This document shows positions 12,010-24,639 of a stretch of DNA of 64,000 nucleotides, in pieces. Source of the DNA: Ranitomeya imitator (taxonomy: Eukaryota); assembly GCF_032444005.1 (NCBI RefSeq), contig NC_091284.1:14942001-15006000 (forward strand), written 5' to 3'. Position 1 is the first letter of the stretch; each line of letters starts with the position of its first letter. The position numbers and the translations under genes are program-made. The notes under the pieces were generated by a model. It saw nothing but the letters and a program-made list of their open reading frames with translations. It was not told the DNA's origin and made no database searches.

Positions 12010-14134
12010 TCCTTCTGCTCTGGTCCCACTGCTTGCCACCAGTTTGTGACGGGGTGTACGGCAGAGCAAGTAGGGACAACAGGCCGAGGGATGATTCAAC
12101 AGATTTATTATCAAGAACGCTGGAACAACACATGCAGGTAGATCTACAGAGTCCACAATTAGTCCAATGGAACAGGTTCGGGGGCACCTCCCGATAATCC
12201 TTGTGCCAGGTAACAAAGCAATAGTCCAAGGGATCCCAAATCTCACAAACGACAAGATATGTCCTCAGCTCAAGTCTCGCCCCGTTCGCTTCCACAGTCC
12301 TAGATGGGCGTGGGGTCTTGCCTCAGCTAAGAATCCCCACTCCTTCTCCTTCAAGGATCAACTCACATCTGATCTCAAAATAAGAATGGATTGTCTGAGC
12401 TCCTGGGATCCGCCCATGAAGGGGTAGGGGTTACGCCTTCTATTCAATGGTTGGGTCCACCAGAAGATTCTAGACTGGTGGGCTCCACATAGTCTATGTA
12501 ATATGTACATTTGACTAGCCCCCCTGCTGTGAGGAATAATGGCTATTCCTCCACTAGTGATGTTGACAAAGCTTAATTACATAAGAGCTTAGGGCTGCAA
12601 GTATTGGGGGAAGGAGACATTGTTACAGGTGAACTCCCAGCCAAGAAAATACATAAATTACAGCTAATAGAAACCAGAGAACAGTTACATATATCAAATG
12701 GCATATTATTCAAATACAGGACAGGGCAAAAGTACATATCATGACACACCTGTTTGAACTTGATACCTGTATAAAAGACACCTGTCCATGAGTCGCCCCC
12801 CAGGACAGTGGGGTACTCTGTACAGGGTCCGGTCGCATTTAAAGGGGATGTCACGGTGGCTGCAACCTGGTCCGTGGCCCTGGGCACTCAAATAAAAGGG
12901 AAAAGTCTTTTAAGGGTTTGGTGAATAAAGTTTGTGTTCGTAACGCCACCTGTGGTATTCGGTCAGTGGGGACCAACACTGCTTAGAAGGGTCCTCTGGG
13001 GTGATGTTATGGCAGCTAGATGGTATAACTTCCCACAGGTGAAGTTGGATCCCCAGGGCTCCCAGTGTAGTGAGCAAGGATGGTGGGTTGCCGCTAAATA
13101 AATGGAGGACACAGGGTTGCAGTCTTTACCTGGTTTACTGAAGTTGTAGTCAACCTCAGTCCAGGGTACTGGCAACAGGTGTTGATGGAGTCCATGCAGC
13201 CCGGAAATATGTGGGAATCCCTTTGACAGGCCAGTTTGGGAGGCTTCCACTATGCGCTGGTTTCTGGTCTCTTGCTACCTGTGGTTGTGTGACAAGGTAC
13301 ACTTCTCGCCTGTCCTGGGACAGTACCTGTATGGTAGGCAGCTTGAGCCGTTTAGCTGGGGTCTCTTTATACGGTGACTCCAGGCTCTGGAATGCTGCTG
13401 TACTCCAGGTTTAATGTGGGCAAGTTGCTTTAAACTTTCTGCCCTCCGGTTCTGCTGTGGGACTTGCAGTTGGCCACAACCTCGAGCTCCCGATGCCCGG
13501 TTCTTGCGCTCTAGCTATAAGGAGGCCCTGTCGCAGCCCTCCTTTAGCTCTTAGGTTCCTACATCCTCCCTCACTCTCTGCTTGTCTGCACTAGACTGCC
13601 TGACTCCTCCTCCAGACCAAGATGTAAATTGAGGGAAGTGTAGCACCCCAGGTAGCCGGTTGCTGCAGTGATGTTGCCTTCCCTTCAGGGAGAGTGATGT
13701 CATGCTTGGAGGCAAGGGGGATTCTTTCTATCAGGTAAGGCACTTACATTCAACACATCTGAATCTAGGACAAGAGGGGGAGCTCAGGACCCGGATTCAG
13801 GGGAACTTCCTTAGACTTCATGTGTCCTGGTCTGGAGGAGGAGCCAGTCAGTTAGTAGCGAGTTGTAGAGGAGTGAGAAGAGGAGAACGATGTCTGGAGC
13901 AGACGTAGGGGCCGAGCAGCCACGAGGGGGCTGCTGCCCCTGGAAAGAGTGAGAAGCAGAAGGAGAGTTGAATTGTGAAGGAGCTTAGAGGGAAGAAGCA
14001 CAGTGGAGGAAAGGGCTCAGGAGGGGAACAGCAGAAGGACTCCCTCAGAGCCAGAGCACAGAAGCTGGGTACCGGGAGCCCGAGGTCTTGTTGTTCTCCA
14101 GGACGAGCGACAGAACCAGAGGGCATAGTACTAT

Positions 14135-14503
14135 ATGCACCCCTGAATTCCATGCACCTCTCTCCTCCTGCTCTACCTGGTACATCTGAACTGTCTTCTA
14201 ACCTGGAATACCCACTGCACCCCTAAATTCCATGCACCTCTCTCCCCCTGTTCTACCTGGTACGTCTGAACTGTCTTCTAACCTGGAATACCCACTGCAC
14301 CCCTGAATTCCATGCACCTCTCTCCCCCTGTTCTACCTGGTACGTCTGAACTGTCTTCTAACCTGGAATACCCACTGCACCCCTGAATTCCATGCACCTC
14401 TCTCCCCTGTTCTACCTGGTACATCTGAACTGTCTTTTAACCTGGAATACCCACTGCACCCCGGAATTCCATGCACCTCTCTCCCCCTGTTCTACCTGGT
14501 ACG
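14135..14503. repeat. 80-bp tandem repeat, ~4.6 copies
   Basis: CCCTGAATTC recurs at 14141, 14221, 14301, 14381 and ~14460. Confidence 0.9.
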
Positions 14504-14588
14504 CTGCTACTTTTTCCCTGACTTTTAATTCCATGAATCATGCTTCTAATTTATTGCATGCTGATATATCCATGCTTTTCACACCTAA

Positions 14589-15343
14589 GGGTACCGTTAC
14601 ACTATACGATTTACCAACGATCACGACCAGCGATACGACCTGGCCGTGATCGTTGGTAAGTCGTTGTGTGGTCGCTGGAGAGCTGTCACACAGACAGCTC
14701 TCCAGCGACCAACGATGCCGAGGTCCCCGGGTAACCAGGGTAAACATCGGGTTACTAAGCGCAGGGCCGAACTTAGTAACCCGATATTTACCCTGTTTAC
14801 CAGCGTAAAAAACAAACAAACAGTACATACTTACATTCCGATGTCTGTCCCTTGCCGTCTGCTTCCCGCACTGAGTGACTGCCGCCCGTAAAGTGAAAGC
14901 ACAGCACAGCGGTGACGCGGTGACGTCACCGCTGTGCTCTGCTTTCACTTTACGGCCGGCAGTCACGCAGTGCGGGAAGCAGACGGCAAGGGACCTGACG
15001 GACACCGGAATGTAAGTATGTACTGTTTTTTTTTTTTTACATTTACGATGGTAACCAGGATAAACATCGGGTTACTAAGCGCGGCCCTGCGCTTAGTAAC
15101 CCGATGTTTACCCTGGTTACAAGCGAAAGCATCGCTGGATCGGTGTCACACACACCGATCCAGCGATGACAGCGGGAGATCCAGCGACGAAAGAAAGTTC
15201 CAAACGATCTGCTACGACGTACGATTCTCAGCAGGGGCCTGATCGCTGCTGCGTGTCAGACACAGCGATATCGTAACGATATCGCTGGAACGTCACGAAT
15301 CGTACCGTCGTAGCGACAAAAGTGCCACTGTGTGACGGTACCC
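14589..15343. mobile_element. PIF/Harbinger MITE with internal palindromic modules
   Basis: TIR GGGTACCGTTACAC / GTGTGACGGTACCC; TAA TSD at 14586-14588 and 15344-15346. Confidence 0.88.
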
Positions 15344-16893
15344 TAACACTATCCTCCTATCTTATTCTATCTTCAGCTTTGATGGCAGTCAAATGTTCAT
15401 TTAACTGCAATCTGCTAATTGTCCCCTGCTGTGGACTGTCCTCCACCTCCTTCATCCTCCCCCTCCCTCTCTCACCTGGCTTCATTTCGTGGACTCTTGA
15501 ATGGTATAAGTTGAATGGAGCTGGTCAGATTTGACTGTAGTCAGATGTGACATCATTTGAAGTGACATCTTTTAAGTGTATCACCAGAAATCGGCCAGAC
15601 GGTAAGGCTCATGTATTCTAATTTTACTTGCTTTTCTTTTCTTCCCTTACTATTTAACCATACTCACATTTGTCCTCACTGTTTTCGCTCCACTATTCCT
15701 CACTCTCCTTCGCTAACCTTTACCCCTGCACCCTCAAACCAAATAACTATCTCCCCCTCTGTCCCAAACCCCACCTCGCCTCACCCACAGACCTGCTTAA
15801 CATACAATATAAGCCTACTGCTCTCTTTAGGGGTATTTAGTCCTCCGGCTGTGACGAGGTGTCTAGGATTTGTTAGGTACACCCCACGGCTACTTCTAGT
15901 TGCGCTGTTAAGATCAGGATTTGCGGTCAGTATAGTTACCACCTACTCCAGTGAAAGTTTTCATGCTCCTCCAAGGTCACCGGATCACAACAGTACAACT
16001 GGCCCATAATGAGTTAAATGCTTCTCAGAAGAAGGGAAGAAAGGTGTTGAGCCATTTTTTTTTCTTCAGTCTGCTTTATTTTCTCTTCCCTCTTTATCTC
16101 TGGGTGGCTGAGGAGCTTTGTGCTAGCATGAATGTTCAGGAAATAGCTTCTCGTGTAGACCAGCTTGCTGCTAGGGTACAGGGTATTTCAGATTATATTG
16201 TTCAGACTCCTGCTTTAGAACCAAAGATTCCTACTCCTGATTTGTTTTTTGGTGACAGGTCCAAATTTTTGAGTTTTAAAAACAACTGTAAACTGTTTTT
16301 TGCTCTTAGACCTTGATCCTACGGTGATTCCATTCAGCAGGTAAAAATCGTCATCTCCCTGCTGCGTGGCGACCTGCAGGATTGGACGTTTTCCCTGGAA
16401 TCTGGGAATCCGGCTTTGCTTAATATAGACTCCTTTTTTCAGGCTTTGGGATTACTATATGATGAACCTAATTCTGTGGATCAAGCTGAGAAGACCTTGT
16501 TGGCCCTGTCTCAGGGTCAAGAGGCGGCAGAATTGTATTGTCAGAAATTCGGAAAATGGTCTGTGCTGACTAAATGGAATAATGATGCTTTGGCGGCAAT
16601 TTTCAGAGAGGGTCTTTCTGAATCCGTTAAAGATGTTATGGTGGGGTTTCCCACGCCTTCCGGTCTGAGTGATTCTATGTCTCTGGCCATTCAGATTGAC
16701 CGGCGCTTGCGGGAGCGCAGAACTGTGCGCGCTGTGATGTTGTCCTCAGAGCAGATTCCTGAGCCAATGCAGTGTGATAGGATTCTGTCTAGAACGGAAC
16801 GACAAGGATTCAGACGTCAGAATGGGTTGTGTTATTATTGTGGCGACGCTTCTCATGTCATTTCAGTCTGCCCTAAGCGGACAAAGAGGATCG

Positions 16894-17683
16894 TGTTGTG
16901 AATTCTGTTGTCAAGCTCCCTCCTGTGGTCGTGAATGGTACTTCGGTGAGTTCTGTCCGTGGGCTCCCTCTGGTGGCTGTCAGTGGAGCTGCTGCTTCTG
17001 AGGTTCCTTACACAGGTGACATGGTTTATCCTTTGGTTGGCTTCTCTATTTAACTCCTCTTAGATCGTTACTCCATGCCAGCTGTCAATGTTTCTGCATT
17101 GGTTCAGTTCGCTCCTGGATCTTTCTGGTGACCTGTCTACTCCAGCAGAAGCTAAGTTCCTGATAATATCTAATTCGTTCATTGTTTTCTTGTCCAGCTG
17201 GATATCATGATTTTGTCTTGCTAGCTGGAAGCTCTGGGATGCAGAGTGGCGTCTCCGCACCGTTAGTCGGTGCGGAGGTCTTTTTTGCACACTCTGCGTG
17301 GTCTTTTGTAGTTTTTTGTGCTGATCGCAAAGCTACCTTTCCTATCCTCTGTCTATTTAGTAAGTCTGGCCTCCCTTTGCTGAAACCTGTTTCATTTCTG
17401 CGTTTGTGACTTTCACCTTTACTCACAGTCAATATATGTGGGGGGCTGCCTTTTCCTTTGGGGAATTTCTCTGAGGCAAGGTAGGCTTTATTTTCTATCT
17501 CTAGGGCTAGCTAGCTCTTAGGCTGTGACGAGGCGCCTAGGGAGCGTCAGGAGCGCTCTATTTCTAGTGTGTGTGATAGGATTAGGGATTGCGGTCAGCA
17601 GAGCTCCCATATCCCAGAGCTTGTCCTGCGTGAGTTTTAACTATCAGGTCATTCCGGGTGCTCCTAACCACCAGGTCATAACA
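16894..17683 (+). mobile_element. Chromovirus solo LTR inserted at the end of gag of element A
   Basis: TGTTGTG...CATAACA; flanking direct repeat GGATCG (16888-16893, 17684-17689); removing it restores the reading [10 protein letters not shown]. Confidence 0.88.
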
Positions 17684-20534
17684 GGATCGCTAGTTCATTT
17701 ACCATCAGTACTGTACAACCTAAATTTCTGTTATCTGTATCCTTGATCTGCTCATTGTCATCATTTTCTGTCATGGCGTTTGTGGATTCAGGCGCCGCCT
17801 TGAACTTAATGGACTTTGACTTTGCCAGGCGTTGTGGTTTTCCCTTGCAGCCTTTGCAGAACCCTATTCCTTTAAGGGGCATTGATGTTACACCTTTGGC
17901 TAAAAATAAGCCCCAGTTTTGGACACAGGTGACCATGCGCATGGCGCCAGCCCATCAGGAAGATTGTCGATTTCTGGTGTTGCATAATTTGCATGATGCT
18001 ATGGTGCTGGGTTTTCCGTGGTTGCAGGTACATAATCCTGTGTTGGATTGGAAGTCCATGTCTGTGACTAGTTGGGGTTGTCAGGGGGTTCATAATGATG
18101 TTCCTTTGATGTCAATCTCCTCTTCTTCCTCTTCTGAAATTCCAGAGTTTTTGTCTGATTTTCAGGATGTATTCGATGAGCCCAAGTCCAGTTTCCTTCC
18201 ACCGCACAGGGACTGCGATTGTGCTATTGACTTGATTCCAGGCTGTAAGTTTCCTAAGGGTCGACTTTTCAACCTGTCTGTGCCTGAACATACCGCCATG
18301 CGGAGCTATATTAAGGAGTCTTTGGAGAAAGGGCATATTCGGCCATCTTCTTCACCGTTGGGAGCGGGGTTCTTTTTTGTTGCTAAAAAAGATGGTTCCT
18401 TGAGACCCTGTATTGATTATCGCCTCTTGAATAAAATCACGGTCAAGTTTCAATACCCTTTACCTTTGCTTACCGATTTGTTTGCTAGGATTAAGGGAGC
18501 TAGTTGGTTTACGAAGATTGACCTTCGGGGTGCATATAATCTTGTTCGTATTAAGCAGGGTGATGAATGGAAAACTGCGTTTAACACGCCCGAAGGCCAT
18601 TTTGAATACCTTGTGATGCCATTCGGGGCTCACTAATGCTCCATCTGTTTTTCAGTCCTTCATGCATGATATCTTCCGGACTTATATTGATAAGTTCTTG
18701 ATTGTATATTTGGACGATATTTTGATTTTTTCCGATGATTGGGAGTCTCATGTGGAACAGGTCAGGATGGTATTTCAGATCCTTCGTGACAATGCCCTGT
18801 TTGTGAAAGGGTCTAAGTGTCTCTTTGGGGTGCAGAAGGTCTCTTTTTTGGGCTTTATTTTTTCTCCCTCTTCTATAGAGATGGATCTGGTTAAGGTTCA
18901 GGCCATTCATGATTGGATTCAGCCCACATCTGTGAAGAGCCTTCAGAAATTTTTGGGTTTTGCAAATTTTTATCGCCGTTTCATTGCTAATATTTCCAGC
19001 GTGGTTAAACCCTTGACCAATTTGATGAAGAAAGGCGCTGATGTGGCGAATTGGTCCTCTGCGGCTGTCTCTGCCTTTCAGGAGCTTAAACGTCGTTTTA
19101 CTTCTGCTCCGGTGTTGCGTCAACCGGATGTTTCTCTTCCGTTTCAGGTTGAGGTTCTGAGATTGGGGCAGGGGCCATTTTGTCTCAGAGGGATCCTGTT
19201 GGTTCCTTAATGAAACCGTGTGCCTTCTTTTCCCGTAAGTTTTCGCCTGCTGAACGCAATTATGATGTCGGCAATCGGGAGTTGTTGGCTATGAAGTGGG
19301 CGTTTGAGGAGTGGCGACATTGGCTTGAGGGAGCTAAGCACCGTATTGTGGTCTTGACTGATCATAAGAATTTGATTTACCTCGAGTCTGCCAAACGGCT
19401 GAATCCTAGACAGGCTCGATGGTCTTTGTTTTTTTCCCGTTTTGATTTTGTGGTCTCGTACCTTCCGGGTTCTAAGAATATTAAGGCTGATGCCCTCTCT
19501 AGGAGTTTTTTGCCTGATTCTCCTGAGGTCTTAGAACCGGTCAGTATTCTGAAAGAAGGGGTGGTCCTTTCTGCCATTTTCCCTGATTTACGACAGGTTC
19601 TTCAGGAATTTTGTTGTGAGTTCTGTTTTTGGGCTCCCTCTGGTGGTTACTGATGGTACTGGGTGACTTGTGTTCTCTGCGGTCTCTGGTGTCCACCTGT
19701 TCCATCAGGTTATGGGAGTTTCCTATTTAACCTGGCTTTTTTGTCATTTCCTCGCCGGCTATCAATGTAATCAGCGTGTCTTTTTACCTCTGCTACCTGC
19801 GTCTGTTATCTTCAGGACAAGCTAAGTTTTGATTTTCCTGTTCCACGTTTTGTTTAATTTTTGTCTTAGTCCAGCTTGCAGATATGTGATTCCTTGCTGC
19901 TGGTTGCTCTAGTGGGCTGAAATTACTCCTCATGTTCCATGAGTTGGCACATGAGTTCAAGTAATTTCAGGATGGTTTTTTGAAGGGTTTTTCGCTGACC
20001 GCGCAGTTCACTTTTGTATCCTCTGCTATCTAGCTTTAGCGGGCCTCATTTTTGCTGATTCTATTTTCATAACTACGTATGTGCTTTCCTCTCATTTCAC
20101 CGTTATTACATGTGGGGGGCTGCTATTTCTGTAGGGTGTTTCTCTGGAGGCAAGTGAGGTCTGTGTTTCTTCTAATAGGGGAAGTTAATCCTTCGGCTGG
20201 CGCGAGACGTCTAGGAATCATCGTAGGCACGTTCCCCGGCTACTGCTAGTTGTGTGTTTAGGTTCAGGATCGCGGTCAGCTCAGGTTCCATCACCCTAGA
20301 GCTTGTTTTGTTTTTGTGCTTGTCCTTTTGTGATCCCCTGCCATTGGGATCATGACAGTATAGCCGGCCAGAAAAAATTGGTCATCGTTTTGGCTGAAGT
20401 AGGAGGAAAAGTAGTCTGAGGAAGTTGTTTTTTTTTTTTTCCCTCCTCAGTGTTTGCTGCCTAGCCTTAATTGCAGCTTGGCTGCTTCTTTCCTCCTCTT
20501 AATCCTTGAATGGCTCTGACCTCAGCTGTTTATC

Positions 20535-22046
20535 ATGGACGTCCAGAGTTTGGCTTCCAGCCTGAATAATCTTGCTGCTAAGGTTCTAAATATACAAGAT
20601 TTTGTTGTACATACTCCTATGTCTGAACCTAGAATTCCTATCCCAGAGTTTTTTTCTGGAGATAGATCTAGTTTTCTGAATTTTAGGAACAATTGCAAGT
20701 TGTTTCTTTCCTTGAAATCTCGCTCCTCTGGAGACCCTGCTCAGCAGGTTAAGATTGTTATATCTTTCCGGCGGGGTGACCCTCAGAATTGGGCATTTGC
20801 ATTGGCACCAGGGGATCCTGCGTTGCTCAATGTGGATGCGTTTTTTCTGGCATTGGGTTTGCTCTATGAGGAACCTAACCTAGAGATTCAGGCTGAAAAA
20901 GCTTTATTGGCTCTCTCTCAGGGGCAAGATGAAGCAGAAATATATTGTCAGAAATTTCGGAAATGGTCGGTGCTTACTCAGTGGAATGAGTGCGCTCTGG
21001 CTGCAAAATTCAGAGATGGCCTTTCTGAGGCCATTAAAGATGTTATGGTGGGGTTCCCGGCGCCTACAGGTCTGAATGAGTCCATGACTATGGCTATTCA
21101 GATTGATCGGCGTTTACGGGAGCGCAAACCTGTGCACCATTTGGCGGTGTCTTCTGAACAGGCACCTGAGATAATGCAATGTGATAGAATTCAGTCCAGA
21201 AGTGAACGGCAAAATTATAGGCGGAAAAATGGATTGTGTTTTTATTGTGGTGATTCAGCTCATGTTATATCAGCATGCTCTAAACGCACAAAAAAGGTTG
21301 ATAAGTCTGTTGCCATTGGTACTTTACAGTCTAAGTTCATTCTGTCTGTGACTCTGATTTGTTCATTATCATCCATTATCGTCGATGCTTATGTGGATTC
21401 AGGCGCTGCCCTGAGTCTTATGGATTGGTCATTTGCCAATCGCTGTGGGTTTAGTCTGGAACCTCTGGAAGTTCCTATTCCTTTGAAAGGAATTGACTCT
21501 ACACCTTTGGCTATGAATAAACCTCAGTACTGGACACAAGTGACCATGCGTATGACTCCCGTTCATCAGGAGGTGATTCGCTTCCTGGTACTGTATAATT
21601 TACATGATGTCTTAGTGCTTGGTCTGCCATGGTTACAAACTCATAACCCAGTCCTGGACTGGAAAACAATGTCTGTGTTAAGCTGGGGATGTCAGGGGGT
21701 TCATGATGATGCATCTCCGATTTCTATCGCTTCATCTACTCCTTCTGAGGTTCCGGTATTTTTGTCTGATTATCGTGAAGTTCTTGAGAAGCCTAAGCTC
21801 AGTTCGCTTCCTCCTCACTGGGATTGCGATTGTGCTATAGATTTGATTCCTGGCAGTAAATTCCCTAAAGGTCGTTTGTTCAATCTGTCAGTGCCAGAGC
21901 ATACTGCTATGCGGAATTATGTTAAGGAGTCCTTGGAAAAGGGACATATCCGTCCATCTTCGTCCCCTTTAGGAGCAGGTGTTTTTTTTCGTGGCCAAAA
22001 AAGATGGTTCCTTGAGGCCTTGCATAGATTATCGTCTTTTGAATAA
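20535..22046 (+). CDS. Gag-protease-RT N-terminus of element C
   Basis: EPRIPIPEFFSGDR capsid motif, CFYCGDSAHVISAC zinc knuckle, VDSGA protease. The frame is lost at ~21985 inside the RT motif [12 protein letters not shown]. Confidence 0.9.
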   Translation: MDVQSLASSLNNLAAKVLNIQDFVVHTPMSEPRIPIPEFFSGDRSSFLNFRNNCKLFLSLKSRSSGDPAQQVKIVISFRRGDPQNWAFALAPGDPALLNVDAFFLALGLLYEEPNLEIQAEKALLALSQGQDEAEIYCQKFRKWSVLTQWNECALAAKFRDGLSEAIKDVMVGFPAPTGLNESMTMAIQIDRRLRERKPVHHLAVSSEQAPEIMQCDRIQSRSERQNYRRKNGLCFYCGDSAHVISACSKRTKKVDKSVAIGTLQSKFILSVTLICSLSSIIVDAYVDSGAALSLMDWSFANRCGFSLEPLEVPIPLKGIDSTPLAMNKPQYWTQVTMRMTPVHQEVIRFLVLYNLHDVLVLGLPWLQTHNPVLDWKTMSVLSWGCQGVHDDASPISIASSTPSEVPVFLSDYREVLEKPKLSSLPPHWDCDCAIDLIPGSKFPKGRLFNLSVPEHTAMRNYVKESLEKGHIRPSSSPLGAGVFFRGQKRWFLEALHRLSSFE

Positions 22047-24639
22047 GATTACAGTCAAATATCAGTATCCTTTGCCATTGTTGACTGATTTGTTCGCTCG
22101 CATTAAGGGGGCTAAATGGTTCACTAAGATTGATCTTCGGGGTGCGTATAATCTTGTGCGGATAAGGCAGGGTGATGAGTGGAAAACCGCATTTAATACG
22201 CCTGAGGGCCATTTCGAGTATTTGGTGATGCCTTTTGGACTTTCTAATGCTCCTTCTGTCTTCCAGTCTTTTATGCACGATATTTTCCGTGAATATCTGG
22301 ATAAATTTATTATCGTGTATTTGGATGATGTTTTGGTTTTTTCTGATGACTGGGAGTCTCATGTTCAGCAGGTCAGGAAGGTGTTTCAGGTCCTGCGGGC
22401 CAATTCCTTGTTTGTAAAAGGCTCAAAGTGTCTCTTTGGAGTCCAGAAGATTTCTTTTTTGGGGTATATTTTTTCCCCTTCTACTATTGAGATGCATCCC
22501 GTCAAGGTTCAGGCTATTTGTGACTGGACGCAGCCTACATCTCTTAAGAGTCTACAGAAGTTCTTGGGCTTTGCTAATTTTTATCGTCGCTTCATAACTA
22601 ATTTTTCTAGTGTTGTTAAGCCTTTGACGGATTTGACTAAGAAGGGTGCTGATGTTACTGATTGGTCTCCTGCGGCTGTGGAGGCCTTTCAGGAACTTAA
22701 GCGCCGGTTTTCTTCTGCTCCTGTGTTGCGTCAGCCAGATACCTCGCTTCCTTTTCAGGTTGAGGTTGATGCTTCCGAGATCGGAGCGGGGGCGGTTTTG
22801 TCACAGAGAAGCTCCGATGGCTCAGTGATGATGCCATGTGCGTTCTTTTCTAGAAAATTTTCGCCCGCTGAACGGAATTATGATGTTGGTAATCGGGAGC
22901 TTTTGGCCATGAAGTGGGCATTTGAGGAGTGGCGTTATTGGCTTGAGGGTGCTAGACATCGTGTGGTGGTCTTGACTGATCACAAAAATCTGATGTACCT
23001 TGAGTCTGCCAAGCGTCTGAATCCTAGACAGGCTCGTTGGTCACTGTTTTTCTCCCATTTCAATTTTGTGGTTTCATACCTGCCAGGTTCAAAGAATGTG
23101 AAGGCGGATGCTCTTTCTAGGAGTTTTGTGCCTGACTCCCCTGGAAATTCTGAGCCCACTGGTATCCTTAGGCATGGGGTGATTTTGTCGGCTGTCTCCC
23201 CAGACTTGCGACGTGCTTTGCAGGAGTTTCAGGCGGATAAACCTGATCGTTGTCCGCCAGAAAGACTGTTTGTTCCGGATAATTGGACCAGTAGAGTCAT
23301 CTCTGAGGTCCATTCTTCTGTGTTGGCAGGTCATCCTGGAATATTTGGTACTAGAGACTTGGTGGCCAGGTCTTTTTGGTGGCCTTCCTTGTCGAGGGAT
23401 GTGCGTTCTTTCGTGCAGTCTTGTGGAGTTTGCGCTCGGGCTAAGCCTTGCTGTTCTCGGGCCAGTGGATTGTTGTCACCTTTGCCTATCCCGAAGAGGC
23501 CTTGGACACACATTTCCATGGACTTTATTTCGGATCTCCCTGTCTCTCAAAAAATGTCCGTCATATGGGTTGTGTGTGACCGCTTTTCTAAGATGGTTCA
23601 TCTGGTACCCTTGCCTAAGTTACCTTCCTCCTCTGAGTTGGTCCCTCTGTTTTTTCAAAACGTGGTCCGTTTGCATGGCATTCCGGAGAACATCGTTTCT
23701 GACAGGGGATCCCAGTTTGTGTCTAGATTTTGGCGGACGTTCTGTGCTAAGATGGGCATTGATTTGTCCTTTTCGTCTGCATTCCATCCCCAGACGAATG
23801 GCCAGACGGAACGAACTAATCAGACTTTAGAAACTTATTTAAGGTGTTTTGTTTCTGCTGATCAAGATGACTGGGTTTCCTTTTTGCCGCTTGCCGAGTT
23901 TGCCCTTAATAATCGGGCTAGTTCTGCTACCTTGGTTTCTCCTTTCTTTTGTAATTCGGGGTTTCATCCTCGTTTTTCCTCTGATCAGGTGGAACCTTCT
24001 GATTGTCCTGGAGTGGACATGGTGGTGGATAGGTTGCATCAGATTTGGAGTCATGTGGTGGACAATTTGAAGTTGTCCCAGGAGAGGGCTCAGCAGTTTG
24101 CTAATCGCCGTCGCCGCGTGGGTCCTCGACTTCTTGTTGGGGACTTGGTGTGGTTGTCTTCTCGTTTTGTTCCTATGAAGGTCTCTTCTCCTAAGTTCAA
24201 GCCTCGGTTCATCGGTCCCTATAGGATCTTGGAAATTCTTAACCCTGTGTCGTTTCGTTTTGATCTCCCGGCATCGTTTGCTATTCATAATGTGTTCCAT
24301 CGGTCGTTGTTGTGGAAGTATGAGGTACCTGTTGTTCCTTCGCTTGAGCCTCCTGCTCCGATGCTGGTGGAGGGTGAATTGGAGTATGTTGTGGAGAAGA
24401 TCTTGGATTCTCGTGTTTCCAGATGGAAACTCCAGTATTTGGTCAAGTGGAAGGGTTATGGTCAGGAGGATAATTCTTGGGTGATTGCCTCTGATGTTCA
24501 TGCTGCCGATTTGGTCCGTGCTTTTCATAGGGCTCATCCTGGTCGCCCTGGTGGTTCTCGTGAGGGTTCGGTGACCCCTCCTCAAGGGGGGGGGTACTGT
24601 TGTGAGTTCTGTTTTTGGGCTCCCTCTGGTGGTTACTGA
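21979..24639 (+). CDS. RT-RNaseH-integrase-chromodomain of element C
   Basis: YLDD RT motif, VDASE RNaseH, H-H/C-C zinc finger, MDF/SDRG/E integrase triad, GPY motif, and chromodomain YVVEKILDSR...YLVKWKGY...SW. Confidence 0.93.
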   Translation: MFFFVAKKDGSLRPCIDYRLLNKITVKYQYPLPLLTDLFARIKGAKWFTKIDLRGAYNLVRIRQGDEWKTAFNTPEGHFEYLVMPFGLSNAPSVFQSFMHDIFREYLDKFIIVYLDDVLVFSDDWESHVQQVRKVFQVLRANSLFVKGSKCLFGVQKISFLGYIFSPSTIEMHPVKVQAICDWTQPTSLKSLQKFLGFANFYRRFITNFSSVVKPLTDLTKKGADVTDWSPAAVEAFQELKRRFSSAPVLRQPDTSLPFQVEVDASEIGAGAVLSQRSSDGSVMMPCAFFSRKFSPAERNYDVGNRELLAMKWAFEEWRYWLEGARHRVVVLTDHKNLMYLESAKRLNPRQARWSLFFSHFNFVVSYLPGSKNVKADALSRSFVPDSPGNSEPTGILRHGVILSAVSPDLRRALQEFQADKPDRCPPERLFVPDNWTSRVISEVHSSVLAGHPGIFGTRDLVARSFWWPSLSRDVRSFVQSCGVCARAKPCCSRASGLLSPLPIPKRPWTHISMDFISDLPVSQKMSVIWVVCDRFSKMVHLVPLPKLPSSSELVPLFFQNVVRLHGIPENIVSDRGSQFVSRFWRTFCAKMGIDLSFSSAFHPQTNGQTERTNQTLETYLRCFVSADQDDWVSFLPLAEFALNNRASSATLVSPFFCNSGFHPRFSSDQVEPSDCPGVDMVVDRLHQIWSHVVDNLKLSQERAQQFANRRRRVGPRLLVGDLVWLSSRFVPMKVSSPKFKPRFIGPYRILEILNPVSFRFDLPASFAIHNVFHRSLLWKYEVPVVPSLEPPAPMLVEGELEYVVEKILDSRVSRWKLQYLVKWKGYGQEDNSWVIASDVHAADLVRAFHRAHPGRPGGSREGSVTPPQGGGYCCEFCFWAPSGGY

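Larger units (their letters stand above)
9341..12746 (-). mobile_element. Gmr1-like Ty3/gypsy element reduced to LTR-gag-protease-LTR (non-autonomous)
   Basis: LTRs 9341-10043 and 12045-12746 (~703 bp, highly similar); 5-bp TSD CACCT; PBS TGGTGGCAAGCAGTGGGA resembling a tRNA-Leu PBS; PPT GGGAGGGGAAGGGAT beside the 3' LTR. Confidence 0.88.

Noticed and set aside
10798-12427. Antisense and LTR-overlapping ORFs in the Gmr1-like element, and similar shadow ORFs over the chromoviruses and CR1s
   Set aside because: Shadow frames of real TE coding sequence or LTRs, with no independent motifs.
21975-21995. Programmed ribosomal frameshift in element C
   Set aside because: The shift lies inside a conserved RT motif, not at a gag-pol junction, and element A has the in-frame [12 protein letters not shown]. 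Mutation or homopolymer error is more likely.
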